From Alphaproteobacteria bacterium (lineage in GTDB: Bacteria; Pseudomonadota; Alphaproteobacteria; SHVP01): a stretch of 64,000 bases of DNA. Below, in pieces: positions 27,182-36,152 of the stretch (the stretch's first letter is position 1; the number at the start of each line of letters is the position of its first letter). A model generated the notes under the pieces. The model did not search any database, was not told where the DNA came from, and worked only from the letters and a program-made list of their open reading frames with translations. A program made the translations under genes and the position numbers. Where the stretch lies: assembly GCA_038116985.1 (NCBI GenBank), contig JAYOEZ010000007.1, positions 624 through 64,623 of the forward strand, written 5' to 3'.

Positions 27182-28903
27182 TCAGACCTCTGGGGCGTCC
27201 AGGAAGTTGCGCAGGATCGCGCCGAACTCAGCCGTCATCGTGTCGATGAAGCCGTGACCACGATCCTTGATCTCGTGCATGCGCCCGTTCTGCAGCAGAG
27301 GCAGGCCGCGAGGCGTCTGCACGACCAGGTCGTCGTTCGGATTGATGACCAGAATCGGCTGCGTGACCTTGGGCAGCGCGGCTGCCAGGTCGTAGTTGAA
27401 TGCGGCCCGGTGGCCCCAGTGCGTCGCCGGTCCGCCGCGTAGGCCTTCGGCGAAGTTCCTCGCCAGGACCCGGCGCGGCACCATCGCGCCGTAGAAGGGC
27501 AACATGAACGTCCACTTCTCGACGAGGTGGCTGCCGTCTTCGTTGATCGCCGCAGCCTTGGCCGTCGCACGAAGCGATCGGCGCAGGTCGCCCAGTTCCT
27601 CGTCGGTGAATAGCGGGCAGGAGATCTGCACGATCCGGCGCACGAGGTCGGGCCGTTGCAGCGCCAATTCGACACAGGTGTCCGAGCCCGTGTGGTAGCC
27701 CATCACGTCGATCTGCTTCAGCCCCAGCGTGTCGACGACATGGGCGACGGTCCGTGCGTAGTCGGCGATTTCCGGTGGTTCGGCGGGTGCGTCAGATTCG
27801 CCGAAACCCGGCGTGTCGGGTGCGACGGCCAACCGGTCGTGTCCCATCTCTTCGAGAATCGCCTCGTAGATGCGGCCCGAGTTCGGGCTCATGTGCAGGC
27901 ATACCAGTGGCGTTCTGTCGGTCGATTGCCCTGCGGTGCGATAATGGATCTGGCCGTAGGGTCCGTCGATGAAGGCGCGGCGGACGGGACGCGGGACAGC
28001 CTTCGGCGGGCTCGGCGTCTCCTTCGCCTGCGTCTTGCCGATATCGTCAGCCGGCCCGTCGAGGAAGTCGCGCACCACGGCCGCGACGTCCCCGGTGTGG
28101 ACATCGAGCATCCCATGCGAATAGTCCGGCAATTCGTGCAGCCGGCCGTTCTGCAAATAATCCGTCGCCCGCAACGTCGGTTCGCGCAGATCGTCGTTCG
28201 GGCACAGGATCAGCACCGGCTGCTTCACCTTGGGCAGGTTGTCGGCGTGCTGTAGTCGGAATGCCGCCTGATGTCCCCACCAAGCGGTTTCGCCGCCGCG
28301 CAGCGCCTCGGCGACCTCACGATGCACGAACACCAGCGGCGCGTCCTTGTCCTTCCAGCGAAGGTGCCCGTCCCACTTCTTCTGTAGGTGACTGCCGTCC
28401 TCGGTCGTCTCGTCGGCGGCCGGCGTGCCCATCGTCTTGAACTGGATTTCGAGTTCTTCCTTGGTGTAGATCGGCGCTGACACCAGCACGATGCGCCGAA
28501 CCTGATCGGGACGCTGTTGCGCAATCTCGACGCAGGTGCGCGAGCCCGTGTGGTAGCCCATCACGTCGACCTGATCGAAGCCGAGTTCGTCGATCAGGTC
28601 GCCCATCGTTGCCGCATAGTCGGCGATCTCCGGCGCGCTGGACGGCGGGTCGGATTCGCCGAACCCGGGCGTGTCCGGCGCCACCGCAATCCGATCCTTG
28701 CCCATCTCCGCCAGCCACAGCCCGTAGACGCGGCCCGAGTTCGGGCTGAGGTGGAAACAGATCAGCGGCGTCTTGCCCGAATTGGTCTCCGGTTCGGCGA
28801 TCCGGTAGTGCAACTGGCCGAAGCGGCCGTCGGTGTAGGCGCGGCGGACGCCGGGCGGCGTACGCCAAAGGCGCATCTGTTCTTCCAGTTCCTGATCCGG
28901 CAT
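27182..28903 (-). CDS. tandem two-domain alpha/beta-fold protein D (both elbows G-Y-H-T-G)
   Basis: 573 aa from ATG 28903 (GGAGAC RBS; MPDQELEEQMRLWRTPPG parallels the N-terminus of protein C). VMGYHTGSRTCVEIA and VMGYHTGSDTCVELA. CPNDDL/NPNDDL and YSHGM/RGHGF. Confidence 0.85.
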   Translation of the reverse strand: MPDQELEEQMRLWRTPPGVRRAYTDGRFGQLHYRIAEPETNSGKTPLICFHLSPNSGRVYGLWLAEMGKDRIAVAPDTPGFGESDPPSSAPEIADYAATMGDLIDELGFDQVDVMGYHTGSRTCVEIAQQRPDQVRRIVLVSAPIYTKEELEIQFKTMGTPAADETTEDGSHLQKKWDGHLRWKDKDAPLVFVHREVAEALRGGETAWWGHQAAFRLQHADNLPKVKQPVLILCPNDDLREPTLRATDYLQNGRLHELPDYSHGMLDVHTGDVAAVVRDFLDGPADDIGKTQAKETPSPPKAVPRPVRRAFIDGPYGQIHYRTAGQSTDRTPLVCLHMSPNSGRIYEAILEEMGHDRLAVAPDTPGFGESDAPAEPPEIADYARTVAHVVDTLGLKQIDVMGYHTGSDTCVELALQRPDLVRRIVQISCPLFTDEELGDLRRSLRATAKAAAINEDGSHLVEKWTFMLPFYGAMVPRRVLARNFAEGLRGGPATHWGHRAAFNYDLAAALPKVTQPILVINPNDDLVVQTPRGLPLLQNGRMHEIKDRGHGFIDTMTAEFGAILRNFLDAPEV

Positions 28904-29008
28904 GCCTTGTCTCCCCAACCCCTATTTGGCCCGACCGGCGGCGTCGGGCGCAAGCGCGAGCGTCCGCTGGCCTACGAGAGGCGCTGAAACGTTGGGATTT
29001 CGGGGAAT

Positions 29009-29839
29009 CTAGTTGTCTTCGACGCTCTGGAAGGTAATGCCCTCGAAGGCATCTTCCATGTCCGCCGATCCGGCGATCTCTTCGGCCGGGAACATCAAGC
29101 CTGCCGCTTCGAAGCCACCGTCGACGTTCAGCACGTGGCCGGTCGTGTAGGACGCGTCCTCGCTGGCCAGGAACCGGACCGCCGCGCCGACCGCTTCCGG
29201 CGTACCGTAGCGTTTCATCGGGATGCGGCCCAGGTAGCCCTCGACCGTGCCAGGGCTGTGGTTGGTGATCGCGGTTTCGACCGGTCCCGGCGCCACGGCG
29301 TTGACGCGGATGTTCTTCTCCGCGAACTCCACCGCCATGATCTTGGTCAGTTGGATGATGCCGGCCTTGGACACGCCGTAGGCGCTGCGACCCGTGGAGC
29401 CGCGCTGGCCGGAGATCGATGCAATGTTGACGATCGCCCCGCCGCCGACCTGCTCCATCATCGGAACGGCCGCTTTCGAACAGAGGAACGTGCCGGTCAA
29501 ATTCGTGCGCAGCACCTGGTCCCACTCTTCGAGCGATTGATCCATGATCAGGCGGTTCGGCGCCACACCGGCATTGTTCACCAGCACGTCGAGCCGGCCG
29601 AACTTCTCCTGTGTCTTGGCGAATGCCTCAGCCACGGATTCGGGATTGCTGATATCGGCGAACATCGCCATAGCATCGGCGCCGGTGCCGCGGATCTCAT
29701 CCGCGGATTCTTCGACGATGTCTGCGAGAAGATCGACGACGACGAGGGAGGCGCCTTCACGCGCCAGCGCTAGTGCCGCTGCGCGCCCGAGGCCCCGCGC
29801 GCCGCCTGTGACCAGCGCCGTCTTGCCTGACAGCTTCAT
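29009..29839 (-). CDS. SDR family oxidoreductase (FabG-like) with short acidic C-terminal tail
   Basis: 276 aa from ATG 29839. TALVTGGARGLG, NNAG, and YGVSKAG (YxxxK). Confidence 0.85.
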   Translation of the reverse strand: MKLSGKTALVTGGARGLGRAAALALAREGASLVVVDLLADIVEESADEIRGTGADAMAMFADISNPESVAEAFAKTQEKFGRLDVLVNNAGVAPNRLIMDQSLEEWDQVLRTNLTGTFLCSKAAVPMMEQVGGGAIVNIASISGQRGSTGRSAYGVSKAGIIQLTKIMAVEFAEKNIRVNAVAPGPVETAITNHSPGTVEGYLGRIPMKRYGTPEAVGAAVRFLASEDASYTTGHVLNVDGGFEAAGLMFPAEEIAGSADMEDAFEGITFQSVEDN

Positions 29840-29957
29840 ACCGGACCTCAGCATTTCCTACGCAACTACAGGTTCTACCAAAATTACTTAGTCGTGGAGG
29901 ATTACCGGATTACACTCCGATTACTAGGAAAAAACGCTTTAGGGGCGGAAATCGGCC

Positions 29958-30626
29958 ATGGATTGGACTTCTTTCTTCATCTTCGTCCACGTTCTTCTGA
30001 TGGCCTTTTGGCTTGGCGCGGACATGGGCACCTACTACTCGGCCCAGTTGATCCTCAACCGCGACTACACGCCGCCCCAGCGCGCGGTGCTCGCGCGCGT
30101 GCTCCAGGGGGTCGACATGTTTCCGCGCGTGGCGATGACGCTCATCGTGCCGACGGGCCTGACGATCGCCTACAACAAGGGCTGGGCCCCGGTCGGCATG
30201 GCGGGGCTCCTGATCGTTTGGGTGGTCTCGCTGGCCTGGACCTGGCTGGTATGGAACGTCCATCGTCCCACCGCACCGGAGTGGGGCAAGAAGCTCCAGC
30301 GCGTCGAGGATATCTGGAACTACGTTCTGCTCGCGATCGTGATCGTGACCCTGATCGTATCGCTGTCATCCGGCGACCTGTTTCCGGAGAACTGGCTGCG
30401 CCTCAAGATCGCTCTCTACGGGCTGACCGTCGTGATCCTGATCGTCGTGAACTTCATGTTCAAACCATTCGGGCCTGCGTTCGGGCGCCTGATGAGCGAA
30501 GGTTCTACCCCTGAGATCGAGGACACGATCGCGGCGCTCATCAATCGCGGCAAGCCGTGGATCTGGGCGATCTGGGGCATTGTCGTGATCAACACCGCGC
30601 TCGCGATCTTCAAGCCCGTCTTCTAG
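29958..30626 (+). CDS. integral membrane protein of unknown function (~6 TM)
   Basis: 222 aa, strongly hydrophobic periodicity. Its stop shares CTAG with the convergent nitrilase-family gene. Confidence 0.6.
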   Translation: MDWTSFFIFVHVLLMAFWLGADMGTYYSAQLILNRDYTPPQRAVLARVLQGVDMFPRVAMTLIVPTGLTIAYNKGWAPVGMAGLLIVWVVSLAWTWLVWNVHRPTAPEWGKKLQRVEDIWNYVLLAIVIVTLIVSLSSGDLFPENWLRLKIALYGLTVVILIVVNFMFKPFGPAFGRLMSEGSTPEIEDTIAALINRGKPWIWAIWGIVVINTALAIFKPVF

Positions 30627-32335
30627 TCCCCGCCGGCGAGCGTCGGGTCGACCAGTGGCCCGAGCAGTTTCCATGGCCGGCTGTCGACGACGTCGGTCTT
30701 CAGCGTGACCGTGCGGTTCCCGGCCGTCGATGGGTCGACGACGGCGTAGGTAAAGGCTTGGCCGGCCTCCGCCAGCGTCAGGTTGGGGTAGTTGATGTCG
30801 CCGTTGAACGGACGCGACCAGTCGGTCCACAGCGTGAAGTCCTTGTCCGGCGCGGCAATCATGCCGACGCCGCCTTTGCCGGCGCGCGACCCGGCGACGA
30901 CCGTCATCCGGTTCTCTGCGGCACGCTCGGCGAGGCCGAATTCGTTCTCCCAGGACTCCAGGACCGCGGTCGGCACGGCGACGACCTCAGCGTCCTGCAA
31001 GGCAGCGAGCCGAAAGGCTTCGGGGTAAACCGAATCGCCGCCGCACAGCACCGCCAGACGTCCCCACGGCAGGTCGAGCACAGAGACGCCGTCGCCGCCC
31101 GGCGTGGCCCAGGGGTGACGTCCGCAGGCGTGCAGCTGCGGCTGGCGCAGCAGAACGCCGTCAGCGCCGATGGCGACACCGGTATGCAGGAAGCCGTTGC
31201 CGCTAGCCTCGACCACGCTCGTCACCACGATTGTCTCCGAACCGGCCAGCGCCGTGCGAATGACCTCGATCGTCTTTTCGCCAAGCGCCGCGGCGCTGCC
31301 GGCGTCGCTGACGTCCGGCGTGCCGAGCAGCTCCGGCAGGACGACGAGCGCCGCGCCCTCGCGGAGACCGGCGAGCGCGGTCGCGAAGGCGCCCGTTTCG
31401 TCGCTGTCGCCGACAGGTTGGTAGGCCGCGACAAGTAGCTCCGAGGACTTCGGCGTGTAGTGCCGCTCGCCCGGCGCCTGCGCGATCGGCGCGTACAGGT
31501 CGGGACGCCGCGAACGATAGACGTGGGTCCCGTCCGGTCGCAGCTTGAGGTCCGCGTCGCCGACGTCGATGTCGGCTACGACGACGGCTTCGCCGGTCTC
31601 CGGTGCCCGTGCGAGCACCGTCCCGTCGGGCGCGACGATCTGGCTCTCGCCCGCGCCGTCGAGGCGCTCGGGCGCAATCTTCAGTTTCGCGGCGACCGTC
31701 CCGGTGAGGTCCGGCGGCACCAGCGGGCCGACCTTGTTGGCGGCGACGACAAACGAGCGGTTCTCGGCGGCGCGCACCGGAATGTGCAGCGAGGCCTCGT
31801 CGTTGGCGAACGAGTTGAGCGTGTTGCACATGATCTGGGCGCCGAGCAGGCCGACGCAGCGGGGGGTCTCGTTCATGACGCCGTCCATGCACGAAAACAT
31901 GCCGAGCTTGCCGATGTCGGTGTCGACGATCGGACCGAGTTCAGTGGCCCGTTCCAGCCAGTTGTTCTCGCCGCCCATGAGGACCTGCTTGTCGGAATCG
32001 GCCAGGCGCTTTCCGTCCGGTCCAAAAAGGATGTTGGTGCTCGTCACGGCGTTGTTGCGCCGCCGCACCGTGCAGTTGATGACGATGTAGCAGCTGTGCT
32101 CGCGCGCCTTGGCCGCGATGGCGTTCGTAAAGGTCCCGTCCAGCGGGACGGCGACCTTGTAGCAATGGGTGTTGTCTTCGTACCAGGAGCAGTGATTGAC
32201 GAATTCCGGCAGCACCATGAGGTCGGGCTTGTGCTTGGCGGCTTCGTCGATCATGCGCAGACAGGTGGCGAGATTCTCCTCGGTATCGATGCCTGCCCCA
32301 AGCTGAACTGCGGCGACCCGCACCTTGTCCTTCAT
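30623..32335 (-). CDS. two-domain carbon-nitrogen hydrolase (nitrilase superfamily) protein
   Basis: 570 aa. Domain 1 has VAAVQL, LMVLPEF and GMFSCMDG. Domain 2 has LVVLPELLG and LAVLCGGDSVYPE. Glu and Cys motifs are present in both halves. Confidence 0.75.
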   Translation of the reverse strand: MKDKVRVAAVQLGAGIDTEENLATCLRMIDEAAKHKPDLMVLPEFVNHCSWYEDNTHCYKVAVPLDGTFTNAIAAKAREHSCYIVINCTVRRRNNAVTSTNILFGPDGKRLADSDKQVLMGGENNWLERATELGPIVDTDIGKLGMFSCMDGVMNETPRCVGLLGAQIMCNTLNSFANDEASLHIPVRAAENRSFVVAANKVGPLVPPDLTGTVAAKLKIAPERLDGAGESQIVAPDGTVLARAPETGEAVVVADIDVGDADLKLRPDGTHVYRSRRPDLYAPIAQAPGERHYTPKSSELLVAAYQPVGDSDETGAFATALAGLREGAALVVLPELLGTPDVSDAGSAAALGEKTIEVIRTALAGSETIVVTSVVEASGNGFLHTGVAIGADGVLLRQPQLHACGRHPWATPGGDGVSVLDLPWGRLAVLCGGDSVYPEAFRLAALQDAEVVAVPTAVLESWENEFGLAERAAENRMTVVAGSRAGKGGVGMIAAPDKDFTLWTDWSRPFNGDINYPNLTLAEAGQAFTYAVVDPSTAGNRTVTLKTDVVDSRPWKLLGPLVDPTLAGGD

Positions 32336-32515
32336 TTCGCTGCTCCCTCGTCCTTTTCCAAACCCTACCTAGAGGCCTCGGCCCCGCTTGGCCAGTCGGC
32401 CCGACCGCCGGGTGTGCGCGATGGGCGGCGTAAGTGTTCGTACGGGTGTCACTACGGTGTCCCCGGACTGTAAGGTCCGCATGATTGAAAGTCTGAAAAG
32501 ACCAGCGGGGAACCC

Positions 32516-33793
32516 ATGACCAACGGACGAATTCCGATGCTGCGCAGCGCTTTGGCCGCTGGCGCGCTCACCCTGACCTTGACTGGACAAGCCTGGGCCC
32601 AAAGCGAGGCCGACCGGATCAAGGCGCTGGAAGACCTCATTCGCAAGCAGCAGCAGCAGATCGAGGCCCAGCAGAAGGCGCTCGATACGATGCAGGCCGA
32701 GCTCAAGACCATCAAGGAATCGGGCGGCGTCACCCAACCCGGGCGCAATCGCGTCGTTCTGTCGCGCGACAACGACGTCGAACTGACGATCGAGGGCCAG
32801 GTCAACCGCGCATTGCTCTACTACGATGACGGCAACGCCCAGGACGTCCGTCACGTCGACAACGACGCTTCCTCGACGCGACTTGCCTTCAAGGGCAGCG
32901 TCAAGGCGACCGACGACCTCAAGATCGGTACCAACATCGAGGTCCAGTTCGAATCGAACTCCACGGCGGACGTCAACCAGGCCGACAACACCGCCGGCGG
33001 CACCAACAACTTTACGGAACGCAAGCTCGAGCTCTATGCGTCGAGCAAGCGCTTCGGCACGCTGACGCTCGGCCAGGGCTCGACGGCATCCGACGGCATG
33101 TCGGAGGCGGACCTGTCCGGGACGGACCTCGTCGGCTACTCGGCGGTTGCCGACTCGGCAAGCGGTCTGTCGTTCGCTACGACAGGAACCGGCGCCATCA
33201 CGGGCAATCCGACGATCGGCGGCGCGTTCAGCAACCTCGACGGTCTGAGCCGCGACGATCGTCTGCGCTTCGATACGCCGAACTGGAAGGGCATCACCTT
33301 GTCCACTTCGGTGGTCGATGGAGGCGAGTGGGACCTGGCCGCCGCGTATTCGGCGACCTACGACAGCTTCGAGGTCGACAGCAAGATCGGCTTTGCCAAC
33401 CAGTCGGGCACGCGGACCTTCCCGGAGACCATCTTGGGCGGTTCGGTGTCGGTGTTGCACGACAGCGGCATCAATCTGACGGCCGCTGCGGCCCAGGGCG
33501 ACGACGACGATTCGACGCGCGATTCCCAGAACTTCTGGTACGGCAAGCTCGGCTATATCACCGAGGCCATCTTCCCGATCGGTCAGTCGCGTTTCTCGGT
33601 CGACTACGGGCAATACGACGACGTCGCCGCCAACAACGACGAGGCGTCGACCTACGGCCTGCAGTTCGTCCAGTCGATCAGCCAGTGGGGCACAGAGCTC
33701 TATGCCGGCTACCGTCGCTATGAACTGGACCGCCCGGCGGCGACGTTTGACGATGTCGACATCGTGCTGGCCGGTGCCCGCGTGAAGTTCTGA
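32516..33793 (+). CDS. outer-membrane porin with N-terminal coiled-coil segment
   Basis: 425 aa. Signal peptide ...LTGQAWAQS, coiled coil IKALEDLIRKQQQQIEAQQKALDTMQAELK, then alternating beta-strand pattern and terminal ...GARVKF. Confidence 0.75.
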   Translation: MTNGRIPMLRSALAAGALTLTLTGQAWAQSEADRIKALEDLIRKQQQQIEAQQKALDTMQAELKTIKESGGVTQPGRNRVVLSRDNDVELTIEGQVNRALLYYDDGNAQDVRHVDNDASSTRLAFKGSVKATDDLKIGTNIEVQFESNSTADVNQADNTAGGTNNFTERKLELYASSKRFGTLTLGQGSTASDGMSEADLSGTDLVGYSAVADSASGLSFATTGTGAITGNPTIGGAFSNLDGLSRDDRLRFDTPNWKGITLSTSVVDGGEWDLAAAYSATYDSFEVDSKIGFANQSGTRTFPETILGGSVSVLHDSGINLTAAAAQGDDDDSTRDSQNFWYGKLGYITEAIFPIGQSRFSVDYGQYDDVAANNDEASTYGLQFVQSISQWGTELYAGYRRYELDRPAATFDDVDIVLAGARVKF

Positions 33794-33942
33794 TGCGCCT
33801 GCGCGCGCTCGCCCTCGTCCTGACGGTGGCTGCGGCGCTCGCCGCCTGCGGCACGCCGCGCGAGCGTCACCCTGTGGGTGAGATTCCGGACGGTCCCGGT
33901 CTGCTTACGGGCGAGAAGGGCGGCGTCAAGATCACCCGCTGA
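33793..33942 (+). CDS. 49-aa lipoprotein (not in the supplied ORF track)
   Basis: Hand translation gives MRLRALALVLTVAAALAACGTPRERHPVGEIPDGPGLLTGEKGGVKITR. Lipobox LAAC. The ATG overlaps the porin stop (TGATG). Confidence 0.5.
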   Translation: MRLRALALVLTVAAALAACGTPRERHPVGEIPDGPGLLTGEKGGVKITR

Positions 33943-34002
33943 CACGCTGCCGCTTCCCGCGTCGGCCCGCTATGCTGGCCGCCGGACATAGGGGAGGTGC
34001 AG

Positions 34003-34911
34003 ATGGCGAATGGTTTTGGGGCAGGGCCGGTTCTCGCGGCGACGGTGACGGTCGCCGATCTGGACGCGGCCAAGGCGCGCTACGCGGCAACGGTGGGCTA
34101 CCTCGCGGATGCGTCGGGCACGGTGAGCCCGGAGCAGGCCGCCTCGTGGGGCGCGCCCGCCATGGCGGGACGGCGCTGGCAACTCATGCGGCCGGAAAGC
34201 GGCGAGCCCGGCTGGGTGCGGCTTGTCGAAGGCACGCGGCCGGCGGATTACCGCCCGCTCGCTCACCACGGCTGGTCGGCCATCGAGATTCTGCTGCGCG
34301 ACACCGATGCCATGCATGAGCGCATGAAGGGCAGCGAGTTCACCATCATCGGCGAGCCGCACCCGCTGCGCTCGTCGCCCGATATCAAGGCCATGCAGGT
34401 CATCGGTCCGGACGGCGAGGCGCTGTACCTGACCAACGTGCCCAAGGGCGCCAGTCCTTCGCACCAGCTGCCCCAGCCCAAGAGCGACATCGACCGCATC
34501 TTCATCATGGTGCTCGGCGTGCCCGACTTCGACGCCACTCACGAAGATCTGCTGGCGCGCTTCGGCCTGGAAAAGACGACGAACCGGACGCGCGGCATCA
34601 ACTTCGTGGGCGAGGGCTATGGTCTTGAAGATTCCGGTCAGGCACTCCCGATGTCGACCGTCCAGCTTGACGGCCGCAGCGTCATCCAGGTCGACGGCAT
34701 GCAGCCGACGGCGACGCCTCGGCCTTGCGCCGAGGGCGAATTGCCGCCGGGTGTCGCTCTGGTGACGCTGGCCCGCGCCGAGCATGGCGCGCTGGCCCAA
34801 TCCGCGCTCGGGCCGGCCTACGCGAGCGACGATGCCTGGCCCTATCGCGGCGGTTCCGCCGTGACGGTGCGCGGGGCGGGCGGTGAGCTTTACGAGGTCG
34901 TCGTCCCCTAG
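34003..34911 (+). CDS. VOC/glyoxalase-like two-domain protein (tentative)
   Basis: About 302 aa from ATG 34003 (GGGGAGG RBS; GTG at 33997 is also possible). VTVADLDAAKARY and GWSAIEILLRDTDAMHERM are beta-alpha-beta-like modules. The family call is tentative. Confidence 0.55.
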   Translation: MANGFGAGPVLAATVTVADLDAAKARYAATVGYLADASGTVSPEQAASWGAPAMAGRRWQLMRPESGEPGWVRLVEGTRPADYRPLAHHGWSAIEILLRDTDAMHERMKGSEFTIIGEPHPLRSSPDIKAMQVIGPDGEALYLTNVPKGASPSHQLPQPKSDIDRIFIMVLGVPDFDATHEDLLARFGLEKTTNRTRGINFVGEGYGLEDSGQALPMSTVQLDGRSVIQVDGMQPTATPRPCAEGELPPGVALVTLARAEHGALAQSALGPAYASDDAWPYRGGSAVTVRGAGGELYEVVVP

Positions 34912-35891
34912 GCCGAGCCGACAGCCTCGCGGCCATGCGGCGAATCAAGGTCGACCAGCGGCCCCTTCGGCACGATGCCAAGCGGATTGCGGTCCTCGCT
35001 CATCGAGTAGTACCCGGCTTTGTAGATGTCGGTGTCCACTGTCTCGGCGACGCCCGGTAGCTGGTAGAGTTCGCGGGTGTAGCCCGCCAGGTTCGGGTAG
35101 TCGCGGATCATCTTCTTGTTGCACTTGAATGCGCCGTAGTAGGCGACGTCGAAGCGCACCAGCGTCGGCAGGGCGCGCAAGTCCGCCTCGGTCAGCGTGT
35201 CGCCGGCGATGTAGCGATGATCCGCCAGATGCGCGTCGAGATCGTCCAACAAAGCGAAGACGTCGTCATAGGCTTTCTCGTAGGCTTCCTGCGACCGCGA
35301 GAACCCTGCGCGGTACACGCCGTTGTTCAGGTTGGCGTAGATGCGTTCGTTCCAGGCGTCGATCACCGGTCGCAGGTTGTGCGGATAGTAGTCGTGCGAC
35401 GTGTCGGCCCAGGCGTTGAACGCCGTGTTGAGCATGCGGATGATCTCGGAAGACTCGTTGCTGACGATCACGTCCCGCTGCTTGTCGTAGAGGACCGGCA
35501 CGGTCACCCGGCCCGTGTAGTCGGGATGTGAGCGCGTATAGATTTCGTGCAGGTAGGTTGCGCCGAACAGGTCGTCCGGATAGCCGCCGGTCGCGTCGAA
35601 CATCCAGCCTTCGGCGCCGCGGCCGGGCTTCACGATGGACATTGAGATCGCGTCCTCGAGCTTCTTGAGCTTGCGCATGATCATCGTCCGGTGCGCCCAG
35701 GGGCAGTTGATCGCAACGTAAAGGTGATAGCGCCCTGCCTCGGCGGCAAACCCGCCGTCGCCGCTCGGTCCGGGGCTGCCGTCCGCGGTCACCCAGTTAC
35801 GCAGAACCGAATCCTGCCGCTGGAATGCGCCATCCTTGGACGTCGTCGGTGGATCGTTCTCGGTCCAGGTGCCGTTGACCAGTTTTCCCAT
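34908..35891 (-). CDS. yqjG: glutathionyl-hydroquinone reductase (Xi-class GST, YqjG/ECM4 family)
   Basis: 327 aa. RYHLYVAINCPWAHRTMI carries the diagnostic CPWAHR motif. The remainder is GST-like. Confidence 0.85.
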   Translation of the reverse strand: MGKLVNGTWTENDPPTTSKDGAFQRQDSVLRNWVTADGSPGPSGDGGFAAEAGRYHLYVAINCPWAHRTMIMRKLKKLEDAISMSIVKPGRGAEGWMFDATGGYPDDLFGATYLHEIYTRSHPDYTGRVTVPVLYDKQRDVIVSNESSEIIRMLNTAFNAWADTSHDYYPHNLRPVIDAWNERIYANLNNGVYRAGFSRSQEAYEKAYDDVFALLDDLDAHLADHRYIAGDTLTEADLRALPTLVRFDVAYYGAFKCNKKMIRDYPNLAGYTRELYQLPGVAETVDTDIYKAGYYSMSEDRNPLGIVPKGPLVDLDSPHGREAVGSA

Positions 35892-36152
35892 GCTTGCCTC
35901 CGCCGGTGAGCCGCGACGTTAACAAAAACCTGTGCACGCTGCGTCTCACCATCGCGCCAGCCTCGATGTCGCGGGGACAGGCAGATTTGAACGGTCGGGG
36001 GGTGGCCCCCCGGTTTCGCCGTCGCTATCTGTGCGCTGGTCCGTGCCGTGGCCGCGGCATCCGTGGCCGGTTGGCGCGACCGCCCACGTGCGGCAGACTC
36101 CAGCAATTATGCGGGAGTTGGCTTCGTTTCGGCGAAAAGGGGCAAAGAACGC

